A DNA stretch of 64,000 bases from an uncultured Acidimicrobiia bacterium. GTDB taxonomy: Bacteria; Actinomycetota; Acidimicrobiia; Acidimicrobiales; AC-14. Positions 30,590 to 39,791 of the stretch are shown piece after piece. Within the stretch, counting starts at the first letter, position 1. Every line of letters begins with the position of its first letter. The stretch is taken from NCBI GenBank assembly GCA_963836205.1, contig CAWIIV010000006.1, positions 320,001 through 384,000 on the forward strand. The letters run 5' to 3'. The translations under genes and the position numbers were made by a program. The notes below the pieces were generated by a model. That model made no database searches. It was not told where the DNA came from and saw only the letters and a program-made list of their open reading frames with translations.

Positions 30590-31366
30590 TCATAGGACCT
30601 CACCTTGATGGATCCCCGTGGCCTCTGGTATGCCGTTCGACCCGGGGGCGAGGGGGTCATCGTTCACACGTCGGCGCTGATCGAGAGAAAGGCCGTCGGG
30701 GGCCGTGGAGGTATCCTGTCGATCGCCCGGGGAGGGGGCAGGCCCGTCGTCGGACCGCTCCCCAGCCGACGCGTTGGTCGACTGCCAAGCCGGGCGCTTA
30801 CCCAGCTGTTCCCAGATCTGGGCGGAGCGGGGCGAGGGCGCGGTCCGGCGCGACTCGAGAAGTCCGACCAGATCGGCCTGCACCTGGCTCACCTTGTCGA
30901 TCCCGGCGCGAATGTCAGGCAAGTCGGCGACAGTGCGGTCAAGCTCGCCAACGGCATCGGCGATCGAACGGAGATCCGAGGCGATCGCGTCGACAGCTGC
31001 TCGAAGCGAAGACAGGGTGTCGTCGCTCTCAGCGCGAGCGCGCTCGGCGCCCTGGAAAATTGTGTACACAGCCTTCAGCTGTCGGCCCAACGTCGCGACA
31101 GAAACCACCACATCCTCGAGTGATGCGGCGGTGTCCGGCTCTACTGTTTCCGCCACCGTTGGGTGCACCACCAGCGCCGATCCGCTTCTGATGCCACGGT
31201 GCGGGGCATGGGTTCGAGGCCCTGCCGCCCAGACCTCCTTGCACCCCGCGTACCGACCGGCACACTCGGTCCCGCAGACGTCGCAGCGACACGACGTACG
31301 GCCGGCCGCCATCGGCTGGCCGCAGGCGTCGTGGATACGCACTCCAAACTCGGCACACCATCCCAC
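30590..31366 (-). CDS. hypothetical protein: N-terminal 7-Cys domain plus coiled coil
   Basis: AGGAG SD before GTG. First 50 aa are 25/50 identical, without gaps, to 31613..32815. Confidence 0.75.
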   Translation of the reverse strand: MGWCAEFGVRIHDACGQPMAAGRTSCRCDVCGTECAGRYAGCKEVWAAGPRTHAPHRGIRSGSALVVHPTVAETVEPDTAASLEDVVVSVATLGRQLKAVYTIFQGAERARAESDDTLSSLRAAVDAIASDLRSIADAVGELDRTVADLPDIRAGIDKVSQVQADLVGLLESRRTAPSPRSAQIWEQLGKRPAWQSTNASAGERSDDGPAPSPGDRQDTSTAPDGLSLDQRRRVNDDPLAPGSNGIPEATGIHQGEVL

Positions 31367-31612
31367 GTCGCGTTACTCCTCGGATATTCCAGTCATTCGG
31401 CCAGCGCGCAACCTGCTCAGGCGGCGAGTATTAGGGGCCGATCCCGCAGATCCGTCATTGTAGACAGCGGGCGGGGGTCACCGACAGGGCGCCGACCCCT
31501 CACTCTGCCGACGAGACCGCGCGACGGCTGGTAGGCGAGCCCACGTCGCGGCCGGGCCCACCCTGTCTGCTTCACTCGGATTTAGAGCACCCGGCCGGTA
31601 GGATCGACGGGA

Positions 31613-32815
31613 ATGGGATGGTGCCGCGACTTCGGCTCGCAGATTGCGGAGGGATGCGACCACCCGATGCAGGCCGACTCCGATTCCTGCCACTGCGAGC
31701 GGTGCGGGGTTGTCTGCACGGGCAGGTTCGAGGCCTGCCCGGCGGTGTGGGCCCAGGGCCCGCAGCCCGTCGTGATCACCTTGACCTCAGCAGACGCCCT
31801 GTTGGACGGTCCCAGGTTCGAGAGCCAGATCACCAACGGTCATCAGACGCTCGAATCGGGGGCCACCAACCCGCCCTCCACGGCCACCCCCGCCGCCCCC
31901 GCGAATGCGCCGCCCGAGACCACGGCTCCCGCCGGCGCTACCGGTGCCGAGGTCTTGCGTTCGTACGAGAGCGCGTTCGATGAGCTCCGCCTGGAAGTCA
32001 AGGGACTCCGGTCGTTCCAGGAAGCCTTCGACTCGCTCCGGTTGGAGGTGGAACATCTCCGTTCGTTCCAGGACGATTCCGACGCGCTCCGCGTGGCGGT
32101 GGACGGTCTCCGCCGCGCCTCCACGCACGAAGCGAGCCTCGTTGCATCCCTGGTCGAGAACAGCGCCGAGAGTCGCCTCGACGAGGCGGCTCTCGGCAAG
32201 CTCGTCACCAGCGCGGTCCAAGTAGCAGCGCGGAGGGAGGCGGCCGACCTTGAGACCGCTCTGGCCGCAAGTGTCGACGCCATGCGCGATGACATGGAGG
32301 CTATGAGGCAGGCCCACGAAGACGGCCTGGCCAGCCTACGGGTGTCGATAGAGGCTACGTCAGCGGCGTTGCCGGCGGATCTGAGCCGGCGGGACTCCGG
32401 CAACCGCAAGGCGTTGCGGACGACGCTTCATGAGGAGTTCCAGCCGCTCGTGGAGGTGGTCGCCGAGTCGGTCGCCCAGTCCGAGTATCAGCTCCAGGCC
32501 CTCGACCGGAGGTTGGACAAGCTCGAGGAGCTGGGGCGATCGTTGGCGGCCGGCCTCGCAACGGTGTCGGCGTCGTTGGAGGTACTCCTCGGGGAGGAAT
32601 TGCAACCGGACGACGACCTCACACCGGTTCGGCCCCGACCTCCCAGGCAGGCGGCGGGGGCCCGGGCAGCGTCTGGGTTCGTGTCTCGGGCCACTGGCTC
32701 CAGCACAACTCCCGCGCTCTCCAGGCGTCAGCGCAACGACACCCCTGCGGGCCCCGGGGAACGGGTCGCCGGCGGCAGGCGAGTCTCGATGCGCGGTCCG
32801 ACTGACGACGGGTAG
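31613..32815 (+). CDS. hypothetical protein: N-terminal 7-Cys domain, Pro/Ala linker, long coiled coil, basic disordered tail
   Basis: Paralogous N-terminus to the divergent gene, heptad-rich helical region, TAGGAT -10-like element at 31599. Confidence 0.8.
   Translation: MGWCRDFGSQIAEGCDHPMQADSDSCHCERCGVVCTGRFEACPAVWAQGPQPVVITLTSADALLDGPRFESQITNGHQTLESGATNPPSTATPAAPANAPPETTAPAGATGAEVLRSYESAFDELRLEVKGLRSFQEAFDSLRLEVEHLRSFQDDSDALRVAVDGLRRASTHEASLVASLVENSAESRLDEAALGKLVTSAVQVAARREAADLETALAASVDAMRDDMEAMRQAHEDGLASLRVSIEATSAALPADLSRRDSGNRKALRTTLHEEFQPLVEVVAESVAQSEYQLQALDRRLDKLEELGRSLAAGLATVSASLEVLLGEELQPDDDLTPVRPRPPRQAAGARAASGFVSRATGSSTTPALSRRQRNDTPAGPGERVAGGRRVSMRGPTDDG
31961..32113 (+). repeat. 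three 51-bp (17-aa) tandem repeats within the coiled coil
   Basis: SYESAFDELRLEVKGLR / SFQEAFDSLRLEVEHLR / SFQDDSDALRVAVDGLR. Confidence 0.75.
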
Positions 32816-32821
32816 ATGCCT

Positions 32822-33544
32822 CTATCGGCCGTCCCGCGGTTTGCGCGCCTCCATGTAGAGCGAGCCCGGCTTGTAGGGCGAACCATCGGGAAGAAGGTCC
32901 AATCCTGTCTCGTCCCATCGGGGGATCGCGCTCGTGTGAGCCTGGTGTTGTGTCATGTCCACGAAGCCACTCGCGCCGAGGGCCTGGGCGAGGTTGAGCC
33001 GGTCGTACATCCATTGATGCGTCTGGCCGCGCTTACGGGCGTCCCCGAGGATCAGGTTTTCGATCCGCCGTCGGACGGGACCTTGAAGACTGGTGCCGAA
33101 CGCCTCTCGCTGGACCGACTGGGCCAGCAATGGCACGAGCGCCTCGTCGTGCGCTGAATCCCCACGCTCCAAGGACGCGAGATAGTCGCGAACTCCAAGT
33201 TCGAAGTCTGGCACCACGATCCGGTGGATGCCGCCGGGAACAAGAACGCGAAGGATCTCGGCAAAGAAGGCGGGTACGGCCTCGCGATCTATGTGCTCAA
33301 GGGCGTGCGAATGGTAAACGGCATCGACGCTCCCAGTCTCCGCCGGAATGCCCTTGCGGAGGTCATGCACGACCAGCTCCCCGCAAAGACTGTCGAACGC
33401 TTCACGTCGGTACCCACGCACGAGCACGCGTGCGGCGATCCTGCCGACAGGTGACGATCGAAGTCGCAATGCCGGCGAGAAATCAATGTTCACCGTCATC
33501 GCACTGGTCCTGGAGCCACAGCCAAGATTGAGGATCCTCGTCAC
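32822..33544 (-). CDS. class I SAM-dependent methyltransferase
   Basis: LNLGCG, DLRKGIP, SHALEH, RVLVPGG...VVPD. Confidence 0.85.
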   Translation of the reverse strand: MTRILNLGCGSRTSAMTVNIDFSPALRLRSSPVGRIAARVLVRGYRREAFDSLCGELVVHDLRKGIPAETGSVDAVYHSHALEHIDREAVPAFFAEILRVLVPGGIHRIVVPDFELGVRDYLASLERGDSAHDEALVPLLAQSVQREAFGTSLQGPVRRRIENLILGDARKRGQTHQWMYDRLNLAQALGASGFVDMTQHQAHTSAIPRWDETGLDLLPDGSPYKPGSLYMEARKPRDGR

Positions 33545-33716
33545 AATACGCCACTGTACTCTGGTGCCGTACTATAGAAAGGACGAGCCTCTAGTGAGAT
33601 GCATCGATCCTTGGCGCTCATTCGGAGATGCTACCCCAATAGGTGGAGCTGCTGCCGCTCGAGAGCGAGTTATAGCGTCGGCACCATCCCAATCGAACGT
33701 GCGGTAATGTGGCCGC

Positions 33717-34457
33717 GTGCGGTATCCGGAACGGAAAGCCGGCGGGTACACGCGGGTCGACGGCACAGTAGCGTTCTATGTTCGAGTTCACGCCTTGCTG
33801 GACGAGCTCCCCGGGGATCTCGTTGTTGTGAACTTCGGGGCGGGTCGTGGTGCCCAAGTTGACCATGGCGCACAAATATACCGGCGCCTGAAGGACCTTC
33901 GCCGCCCGGGTCGACAGATCATCGGCGTCGACGTCGACCCAATCGTGAGGACAAATCCCTTCATCGACTCAGCCGTGGTCATTCCGCCCTCGGGCAGGGT
34001 GCCGATCCCCGACGCGAGTGTCGATCTGGTGGTCTCCGAATGGACGTTCGAGCACATCGATCACGCTGAGGTAGTGGCGGCCGAACTCGGAAGAATCCTC
34101 AAGTCGGGAGGATGGATTTGCGCCTGCACTCCCAACAAATGGGGCTACATTGCTGTCGGCGCCCGACTTGTACCCAACCGCTTGCACGTGGGTGTGCTCC
34201 GACACCTCCAGCCAACGAAGCTGGCACGAGACACGTTCCCTACGCGCTATAGAATGAACACCCGGCGAGCGCTGGGGGCTCTCTTTCCGAGCGACCGTTA
34301 TGAAGTAGTCGCCTACACCCATGATTCTGAACCCTACCAGTACGCCGGTTCTTCTCGGATTGGCTCTTGGGCACTAACGCTTGCCCACCGTCTCCCCTCG
34401 CAGTTCAAGAGCATCTGGTTCATTTACATCCGCAAGCGATGCGAAGATCATTCGTGA
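33717..34457 (+). CDS. class I SAM-dependent methyltransferase
   Basis: NFGAGRG, GVDVD, DLVVSEWTFEH, RILKSGG..TPN. Confidence 0.85.
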   Translation: MRYPERKAGGYTRVDGTVAFYVRVHALLDELPGDLVVVNFGAGRGAQVDHGAQIYRRLKDLRRPGRQIIGVDVDPIVRTNPFIDSAVVIPPSGRVPIPDASVDLVVSEWTFEHIDHAEVVAAELGRILKSGGWICACTPNKWGYIAVGARLVPNRLHVGVLRHLQPTKLARDTFPTRYRMNTRRALGALFPSDRYEVVAYTHDSEPYQYAGSSRIGSWALTLAHRLPSQFKSIWFIYIRKRCEDHS

Positions 34458-34601
34458 TCCTCGAGCCGGGCGGCCGGACGCCCCCGACCAGCCCGTGCCG
34501 GTCCGTCGGCGACGCCAGGCGGAGGACCCCGGCCGGGTCCGCTCGGAGGACTCCGGGCGCCAGACAGTACGCTGGCTGTTCGCGCGGATGAAGGGGAACC
34601 C

Positions 34602-36065
34602 ATGGTGACTGGAACGGCGGCCGGACCCAGACGTGCGCGGGGCCGTCTTGGCGCAAGGACGGCGCCCATCGCGGGTCTCGTGGTGGCTGCCACGCTTGTG
34701 CTCGCCGCCCCCGCGTCGGCGTTCCTCTTTGCCAACGCAGGACCCGAGTTTCCAGGATCCGTCACAGTCGGCCAGATCTTCAGCGCCACGGTGGGCCTGC
34801 ACAACTTTTCGACGCCGCCACAGAGCATCACCATCCCCGTCATCACGGCGTCCGACATCGATCTCGTGCCGGCCTGCACCAACACCACCCAGGACTGCCC
34901 CGGCGGGATCGACGCGGGCGTGTTCCAGACCACGACGGGCATCGGCGCCGGATCGGGCCCCGCCAGCTGCACCGGCACGTGGACGGTCATCGAGACCACA
35001 CCCGGCACGTTCCGATTGAACCCGCCCGGTGGCAACGGGTCGCTCGCGCTCGCCACCGGCGAGATCTGCACCGTCAGCTTCCCGCTCATGGCGATCCGTA
35101 TGCCATCAGTCGACGCCAGCGCCGCGGCCGGGGTACAGACCAATCAGGCAACAGGTGTCACCTTCCACGCGCCAGCGCCGATGTCCCGTCAAGGACTTGC
35201 GACCGCCACCACGGTCAATCCCGCCCCGATCGTCCCGCCCGCCGACTTCAACGGTGACGGCTCGACCGGCCTGTCCGTCTACCGACCGTCGACCAGCCTC
35301 TGGTATTCGACCGGCTCGTCGGTCGCGTGGGGCACCGGCGGCGACATCCCCGTCCCCCGCGATTACGACTTCGACGGGACGACCGACCGTGCCGTCTACC
35401 GACCCTCGTCGGGCGTCTGGTACGTCCAAGGCAGCTCGGGTGGTACCACGTCGGTCGCGTGGGGCGCGACCGGCGATATCCCGGTGCCGGCTGACTTCGA
35501 CGGTGACGGCAAGACCGACCGCGCCGTGTTCCGACCCTCCTCCGGGTTCTGGTTCGTCCAGCGCAGCGCGGGCGGTACCACGTCGGTTGCGTGGGGAGCG
35601 ACCGGCGACATCCCCGTTCCCGGCGACTACGACGGCGACGGCAGGGCCGACCACGCCGTGTTCCGGCCATCGACGGGTGTCTGGCAAATGCAGCGGAGCA
35701 CAGGCGGAGCGACCTCCGTCGGGTGGGGTGCGGCGGGCGATATCCCCGTCCCCGGTGACTACGACGGCGACCTCAAGACCGACCTCGCCGTCTTCCGGCC
35801 GTCGGCCGGGGCCTGGTTCGTCCAGCCCAGCACGGGCGGCGGCACGTTCGGCGCGTGGGGTGTCAGCGGCGACATTCCCGTCCCCGGTGACTACGACGCC
35901 GACGACAGGACCGATCAGGCCGTGTTCCGGCCCTCGTCGGGCATCTGGTACGTGCAGCTCACCTCGGGTGGCTCAATTGCCAGCGCCTGGGGCGTCAACG
36001 GCGACGTTCCCCTCCCCCTGCCGGCGGCCATCGGGCGGTTCTTCTTCTCGCCGCCGTTCCCGTGA
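34602..36065 (+). CDS. secreted protein with Cys-containing beta domain and six FG-GAP/VCBS-like repeats
   Basis: Signal peptide ending APASA, then six repeats of about 44 aa: PGDYDGDG..D.AVFRPS.G.W...WG..GDIPV. Confidence 0.85.
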   Translation: MVTGTAAGPRRARGRLGARTAPIAGLVVAATLVLAAPASAFLFANAGPEFPGSVTVGQIFSATVGLHNFSTPPQSITIPVITASDIDLVPACTNTTQDCPGGIDAGVFQTTTGIGAGSGPASCTGTWTVIETTPGTFRLNPPGGNGSLALATGEICTVSFPLMAIRMPSVDASAAAGVQTNQATGVTFHAPAPMSRQGLATATTVNPAPIVPPADFNGDGSTGLSVYRPSTSLWYSTGSSVAWGTGGDIPVPRDYDFDGTTDRAVYRPSSGVWYVQGSSGGTTSVAWGATGDIPVPADFDGDGKTDRAVFRPSSGFWFVQRSAGGTTSVAWGATGDIPVPGDYDGDGRADHAVFRPSTGVWQMQRSTGGATSVGWGAAGDIPVPGDYDGDLKTDLAVFRPSAGAWFVQPSTGGGTFGAWGVSGDIPVPGDYDADDRTDQAVFRPSSGIWYVQLTSGGSIASAWGVNGDVPLPLPAAIGRFFFSPPFP

Positions 36066-36084
36066 GGACGCCGGCCGCGCTCGG

Positions 36085-36786
36085 ATGCTCGTGAGCTCGC
36101 GGGGCGCAGATCGTTCGGTGGTTCCCGTGCGCATCGGGACGGCTGTCACCGCGCTGGTGGTGTTCGTGCTTGCTGTGATCGCCGGCGGCGGGTGGGCGTG
36201 GGCCGGGTCGCCCGCGTCGGCGACCGGCGCGGCTCTGCGAGTCGCCGAGGAGGGACCGTGCGGGGCCAATCCCTGTGGTTCGGTGCCGCCGGACGAAGGA
36301 CCGTGCGGGGCCGTCGCCTGCCCGCCGAGCGTGTCCGACGAAGGCCCCTGCGGGGCGAACCCGTGCGAGGAGCCACCGGCGGCCGAGGACCCGTGCGGCG
36401 GTGTCGCTTGTCAGTCGCAGGCGGTTGCCGACGGGCCGTGTGGCGCCAATCCGTGTCCCGAGGTGGCCGCCGACCAGACTCCCTGCGCCGACGCTTCCTG
36501 CGGGACGCCCGCCAGCGCGCCGGAGGCAGTCTCATCCGGGCCGACGACGTCGGCCCCGACCGGGGCGGCTGCCGGTCAGGGAGAGACCGGGGCCGGTTCG
36601 TCTGCCGCCGGATCGGCCCAACCCGCGTCCCCGAGACAGGTCGCCGAGGGGCCGCGGCCGTCCGATGACGGCACCGGCATCGGACGCGCCGTCGGGTTCC
36701 TCCTGCTGGCGGTGGCGGTACCTCTGGCGGGGGTTCTCGGGTACCGCTCCGTCCGCCGGCGGGGACGACTCGGCGTCGGAGGCTGA
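36085..36786 (+). CDS. exported, C-terminally membrane-anchored protein with six 15-aa PCxxxxC repeats
   Basis: Signal-like N-terminus (...GGGWAWA), Cys repeats, Ser/Ala/Gly linker, TM helix followed by RSVRRRGR. Confidence 0.75.
   Translation: MLVSSRGADRSVVPVRIGTAVTALVVFVLAVIAGGGWAWAGSPASATGAALRVAEEGPCGANPCGSVPPDEGPCGAVACPPSVSDEGPCGANPCEEPPAAEDPCGGVACQSQAVADGPCGANPCPEVAADQTPCADASCGTPASAPEAVSSGPTTSAPTGAAAGQGETGAGSSAAGSAQPASPRQVAEGPRPSDDGTGIGRAVGFLLLAVAVPLAGVLGYRSVRRRGRLGVGG
36247..36516 (+). repeat. 6 x 45-bp tandem repeat with alternating A/B units
   Basis: EEGPCGANPC / DEGPCGAVAC / DEGPCGANPC / AEDPCGGVAC / ADGPCGANPC / DQTPCADASC at exact 15-aa spacing. Confidence 0.85.
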
Positions 36787-36932
36787 CGCAACTCGGGTCA
36801 GGCGAACCGGCGTAGGTCCGGTTAGATCGAGACGTCCGCCCGACGTTCCCGATCCCGGCACTCAGTCCCCGCCCGGGCGTCAGAGCATCTGCGACGACGT
36901 GATCGCGTAGCAAGGTTGGCCCATCGCGCCGG

Positions 36933-39320
36933 CTAGGGCATCGACCGACGGATGGCGAAGGGCAGGGGCAGGGCGGTGTCACCTGAGGTGCCCCACACTG
37001 TCGTCGTCCCGGCCCGGAGGTACCAGAGACCGGTGGAAGGCCGGAACACGGCGATGACGGTGGAGCCATTTCCGTCGTAATCGCCCGGGACGGGGATGTC
37101 GCCGCTGGTGCCCCAGGACGTCGTCGTCCCGGCCCGGACGTACCACACGCCACTGGACGGCCGGAACACGGCGATATCGATGTCGGCGTCGCCGTCGTAG
37201 TAGCCGGGAACCGGAACGTCGCCGTTGGCGCCCCAGGCGGTGGTGGCACCGCCGTGGACGTACCAGGCCCCGGTTGACGGCCGGAACACTGCGATATCGG
37301 TCTTGCCGTCACCGCTGTAGTCGCCGGGCACGGGAACGTCGCCATTGGCGCCCCAGGCGGTGGTGGCACCGCCCTGGACGTACCAGGCCCCGGTTGACGG
37401 CCGGAAGACTGCGATCTCGGTCTTGCCGTCACCGTTGTAGTCGCCGGGCACGGGAACGTCGCCATTGGCGCCCCAGGCGGTGGTGGCACCGCCCTGGACG
37501 TACCAGGCCCCGGTTGACGGCCGGAACACTGCGATCTCGGTCCTGCCGTCACCGTTGTAGTCGCCGGGAACGGGAACGTCGCCGTTGGCACCCCAGGCGG
37601 TGGCGGCCCCGCCCTGGACGTACCAGGCCCCGGTCGATGGCCGGAACACGGCGATCTCGGTTTTACCGTCACCGTTGAAATCGGTCGCCGGTGGGACGCC
37701 GGCCTGGGCGGTGAGCGTGTACGAACGGGTGCCGCTGGCAGCAGGGTTGCCGGTGCTCTGGGTCTCGTTCGTCACAACTGCCACCGCGCGCAGGCAGCCC
37801 GTGGTCCTTACGGGCGTGAGCGTGCTTACGACGCCTGCTCCCACAACGGGAAAGGGCGATCTCACCAACGCCGTGCCCGTGTCGCATACGGCACTGGCAC
37901 GCAGCTGTCCGCCGCCCGACGTGTTGGTGAGCTTCAGGGTGTACCCACTGAAACCGGCCCCGGTCGGAAGAGTAATCCAGCTCGTGGCGAAATCGTCCTC
38001 GACGGCGCCGGTAAAGGTGGACCCGAGAGCGCTGATCGAGCCTTGAACCGGAGGCAAAACGCCATTCTTCTTCGCCTTATAGCCGCTTGCCTCCTCGAAG
38101 CAATGAGGCAAGACGTAGGAGCCACCGCAGGCGCGCATGAACGCCGCTGCGATCGCGAAATCGTGGAAGGCGGTGGCGAGCGGCACGCCCCGGCGGGAGA
38201 GGGCGGTCGCCAAGGCAGAGAGGTTGTTGCCGGTGTTCTTGCTTGTCTCCTCCCAGAAGTCCTGGACGACCTGTTCGCCTCCGGAGGCTGCGCCCGTCCC
38301 GAACCGTTCGGTGAGTCCCCGAATCATGAGCCAGAAGCGGTAGGGACTGCCGTCGTAGTCGCCGAGACCCTGGGTGAAGTCAGGCCAGAGGTAGTTGTAG
38401 TTGTCGTTCGCGGTGTCGAAAGTCTCGTCTTCCATCCAGGTGGCACCACCTTCGATGAAGGACGCGTCCGGGACGTTCGTTCCGGCGAGGGCGCCGTAGC
38501 CGAACTGGATGGCGTGGTTGTATTCGTGAGCAGCAGTCGCGTCGAGGGCTTTTTGTGCGTCGCCGAATTGGTTGAAGTCGTCGCTCAGGGCGAGGCAGGT
38601 TGCGGATGCGTCACTGTCGTTCCAAGCGGTGTTGGGGTTGTTTCCCACGCTTCCTGAATACGTGCCCGAGACGGCGCTGTAGCCGTACAGCCCGCCGCCG
38701 AGTTCAAGTATCGCGACCGGATAGCGCCCGCCGGGGGGCGGGGCGGACGACCGGAACGGCGGTGCGGGCCAGCCAAACGAATCCACCTGGGTCGATCGTG
38801 CGCCGTCGAGGGCGCTGCCGTAGTCGGCAGCAGTAAGCGGCCCGCTGGACGTGGACCCGAGGATGTGAAAGTACGACGAGTCGACGACGGCGGCTGTCGT
38901 GATCGTGTTCGTTCCACAGGTCATGCTTTCGGTGCTCGCGGCGGCGTCGGCCGGTGCCGGCGGCGGGGAGAGAGCTTCTTCGATCGCCACGCGGCTCGGG
39001 CCGTCTGGCATGCCTTCGACGCGGCGACGGAGGTTGAGGAGCGGCAAGGTGCCGTCCCACGGGGTGTCGGATTGGAACTCTCCTGGGATCGTCAGATACC
39101 GCGCCCGGTCGCCGAGGGCGAGGGCGAGGAGGACGTCACCCAGCGTCGGCGTGATCGCGCCCCTGTCAACTGCATGCTCGAGGAGCTCTGGAGTAGGCAG
39201 ATTTGGCAGACCGGCTGCCTCGGGAGCCTGGGCCGCGACGCCCGGAGCGAGGCCGCCAAGCAGAACGGCAGTCAGCAACAATGACGAAGTCGTCCAGCGT
39301 TTCAGCTCACACCTGGCCAT
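36933..39320 (-). CDS. secreted zinc metalloprotease (HEYNH; MXAN_6640/DUF6055-like) with six FG-GAP-like repeats
   Basis: Signal peptide, TAAHEYNHAIQFGY...EGGATWME zincin motif, C-terminal 40-aa repeats. Confidence 0.8.
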   Translation of the reverse strand: MARCELKRWTTSSLLLTAVLLGGLAPGVAAQAPEAAGLPNLPTPELLEHAVDRGAITPTLGDVLLALALGDRARYLTIPGEFQSDTPWDGTLPLLNLRRRVEGMPDGPSRVAIEEALSPPPAPADAAASTESMTCGTNTITTAAVVDSSYFHILGSTSSGPLTAADYGSALDGARSTQVDSFGWPAPPFRSSAPPPGGRYPVAILELGGGLYGYSAVSGTYSGSVGNNPNTAWNDSDASATCLALSDDFNQFGDAQKALDATAAHEYNHAIQFGYGALAGTNVPDASFIEGGATWMEDETFDTANDNYNYLWPDFTQGLGDYDGSPYRFWLMIRGLTERFGTGAASGGEQVVQDFWEETSKNTGNNLSALATALSRRGVPLATAFHDFAIAAAFMRACGGSYVLPHCFEEASGYKAKKNGVLPPVQGSISALGSTFTGAVEDDFATSWITLPTGAGFSGYTLKLTNTSGGGQLRASAVCDTGTALVRSPFPVVGAGVVSTLTPVRTTGCLRAVAVVTNETQSTGNPAASGTRSYTLTAQAGVPPATDFNGDGKTEIAVFRPSTGAWYVQGGAATAWGANGDVPVPGDYNGDGRTEIAVFRPSTGAWYVQGGATTAWGANGDVPVPGDYNGDGKTEIAVFRPSTGAWYVQGGATTAWGANGDVPVPGDYSGDGKTDIAVFRPSTGAWYVHGGATTAWGANGDVPVPGYYDGDADIDIAVFRPSSGVWYVRAGTTTSWGTSGDIPVPGDYDGNGSTVIAVFRPSTGLWYLRAGTTTVWGTSGDTALPLPFAIRRSMP
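36960..37690 (-). repeat. 6 x 120-bp coding tandem repeat, central copies nearly identical
   Basis: TACCAGGCCCCGGTTGACGGCCGGAA recurs at 37261, 37381 and 37501, with variants at 37021, 37141 and 37621. Confidence 0.9.
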
Positions 39321-39791
39321 TTAGGGTGTCCGAAGGCGGCTCGGGCGCGGCCAGCCGAAGCCGCCTGGGCGGTTGTCGGGGATGGCCGGGAAGAGCACCG
39401 CGCCCCGCCGGCCGCGCCGGAGCCGAGTCGGCGTTCAGCCCGGCGAGTGCGGTCAGAAAGGGGGTCAGCGGTCCGGTCTCGGCTTGTTGCTGGGCGGTTG
39501 GGCGGCCGTCTGTGCCCGCGCCATTGGGACCGGGCGCAGGAAAGGAATCGACAGGAGGGCCACAGCGACGGCCGAACGGCCTCTCGGCAACGGGCAGACC
39601 ACGCGCAGCGCGGTTTCGGTGTCCGCCGATACCCACTCCCGACCCCCAGCGCCGAAGCTATGTTGTCGTTCGGAGAATACACCGAACGGTCCGAAACTGG
39701 ACACCGTCCCGCCCGCACCGGACAGCAGCGCCCGACGACGAACCACACGCCGTCGGGACCGGCAACGGCATGTCCGACACGCGGTGAGGCC

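Noticed and set aside
36247-36516. classical RiPP precursor (ranthipeptide/MNIO type)
   Set aside because: No radical SAM, DUF692, YcaO or Lan enzyme in the window, and the protein is exported and membrane anchored.
36960-37690. CRISPR array or DGR template/variable repeat
   Set aside because: Contiguous in-frame 120-bp coding repeats without unique spacers. No cas or reverse transcriptase gene in the window.
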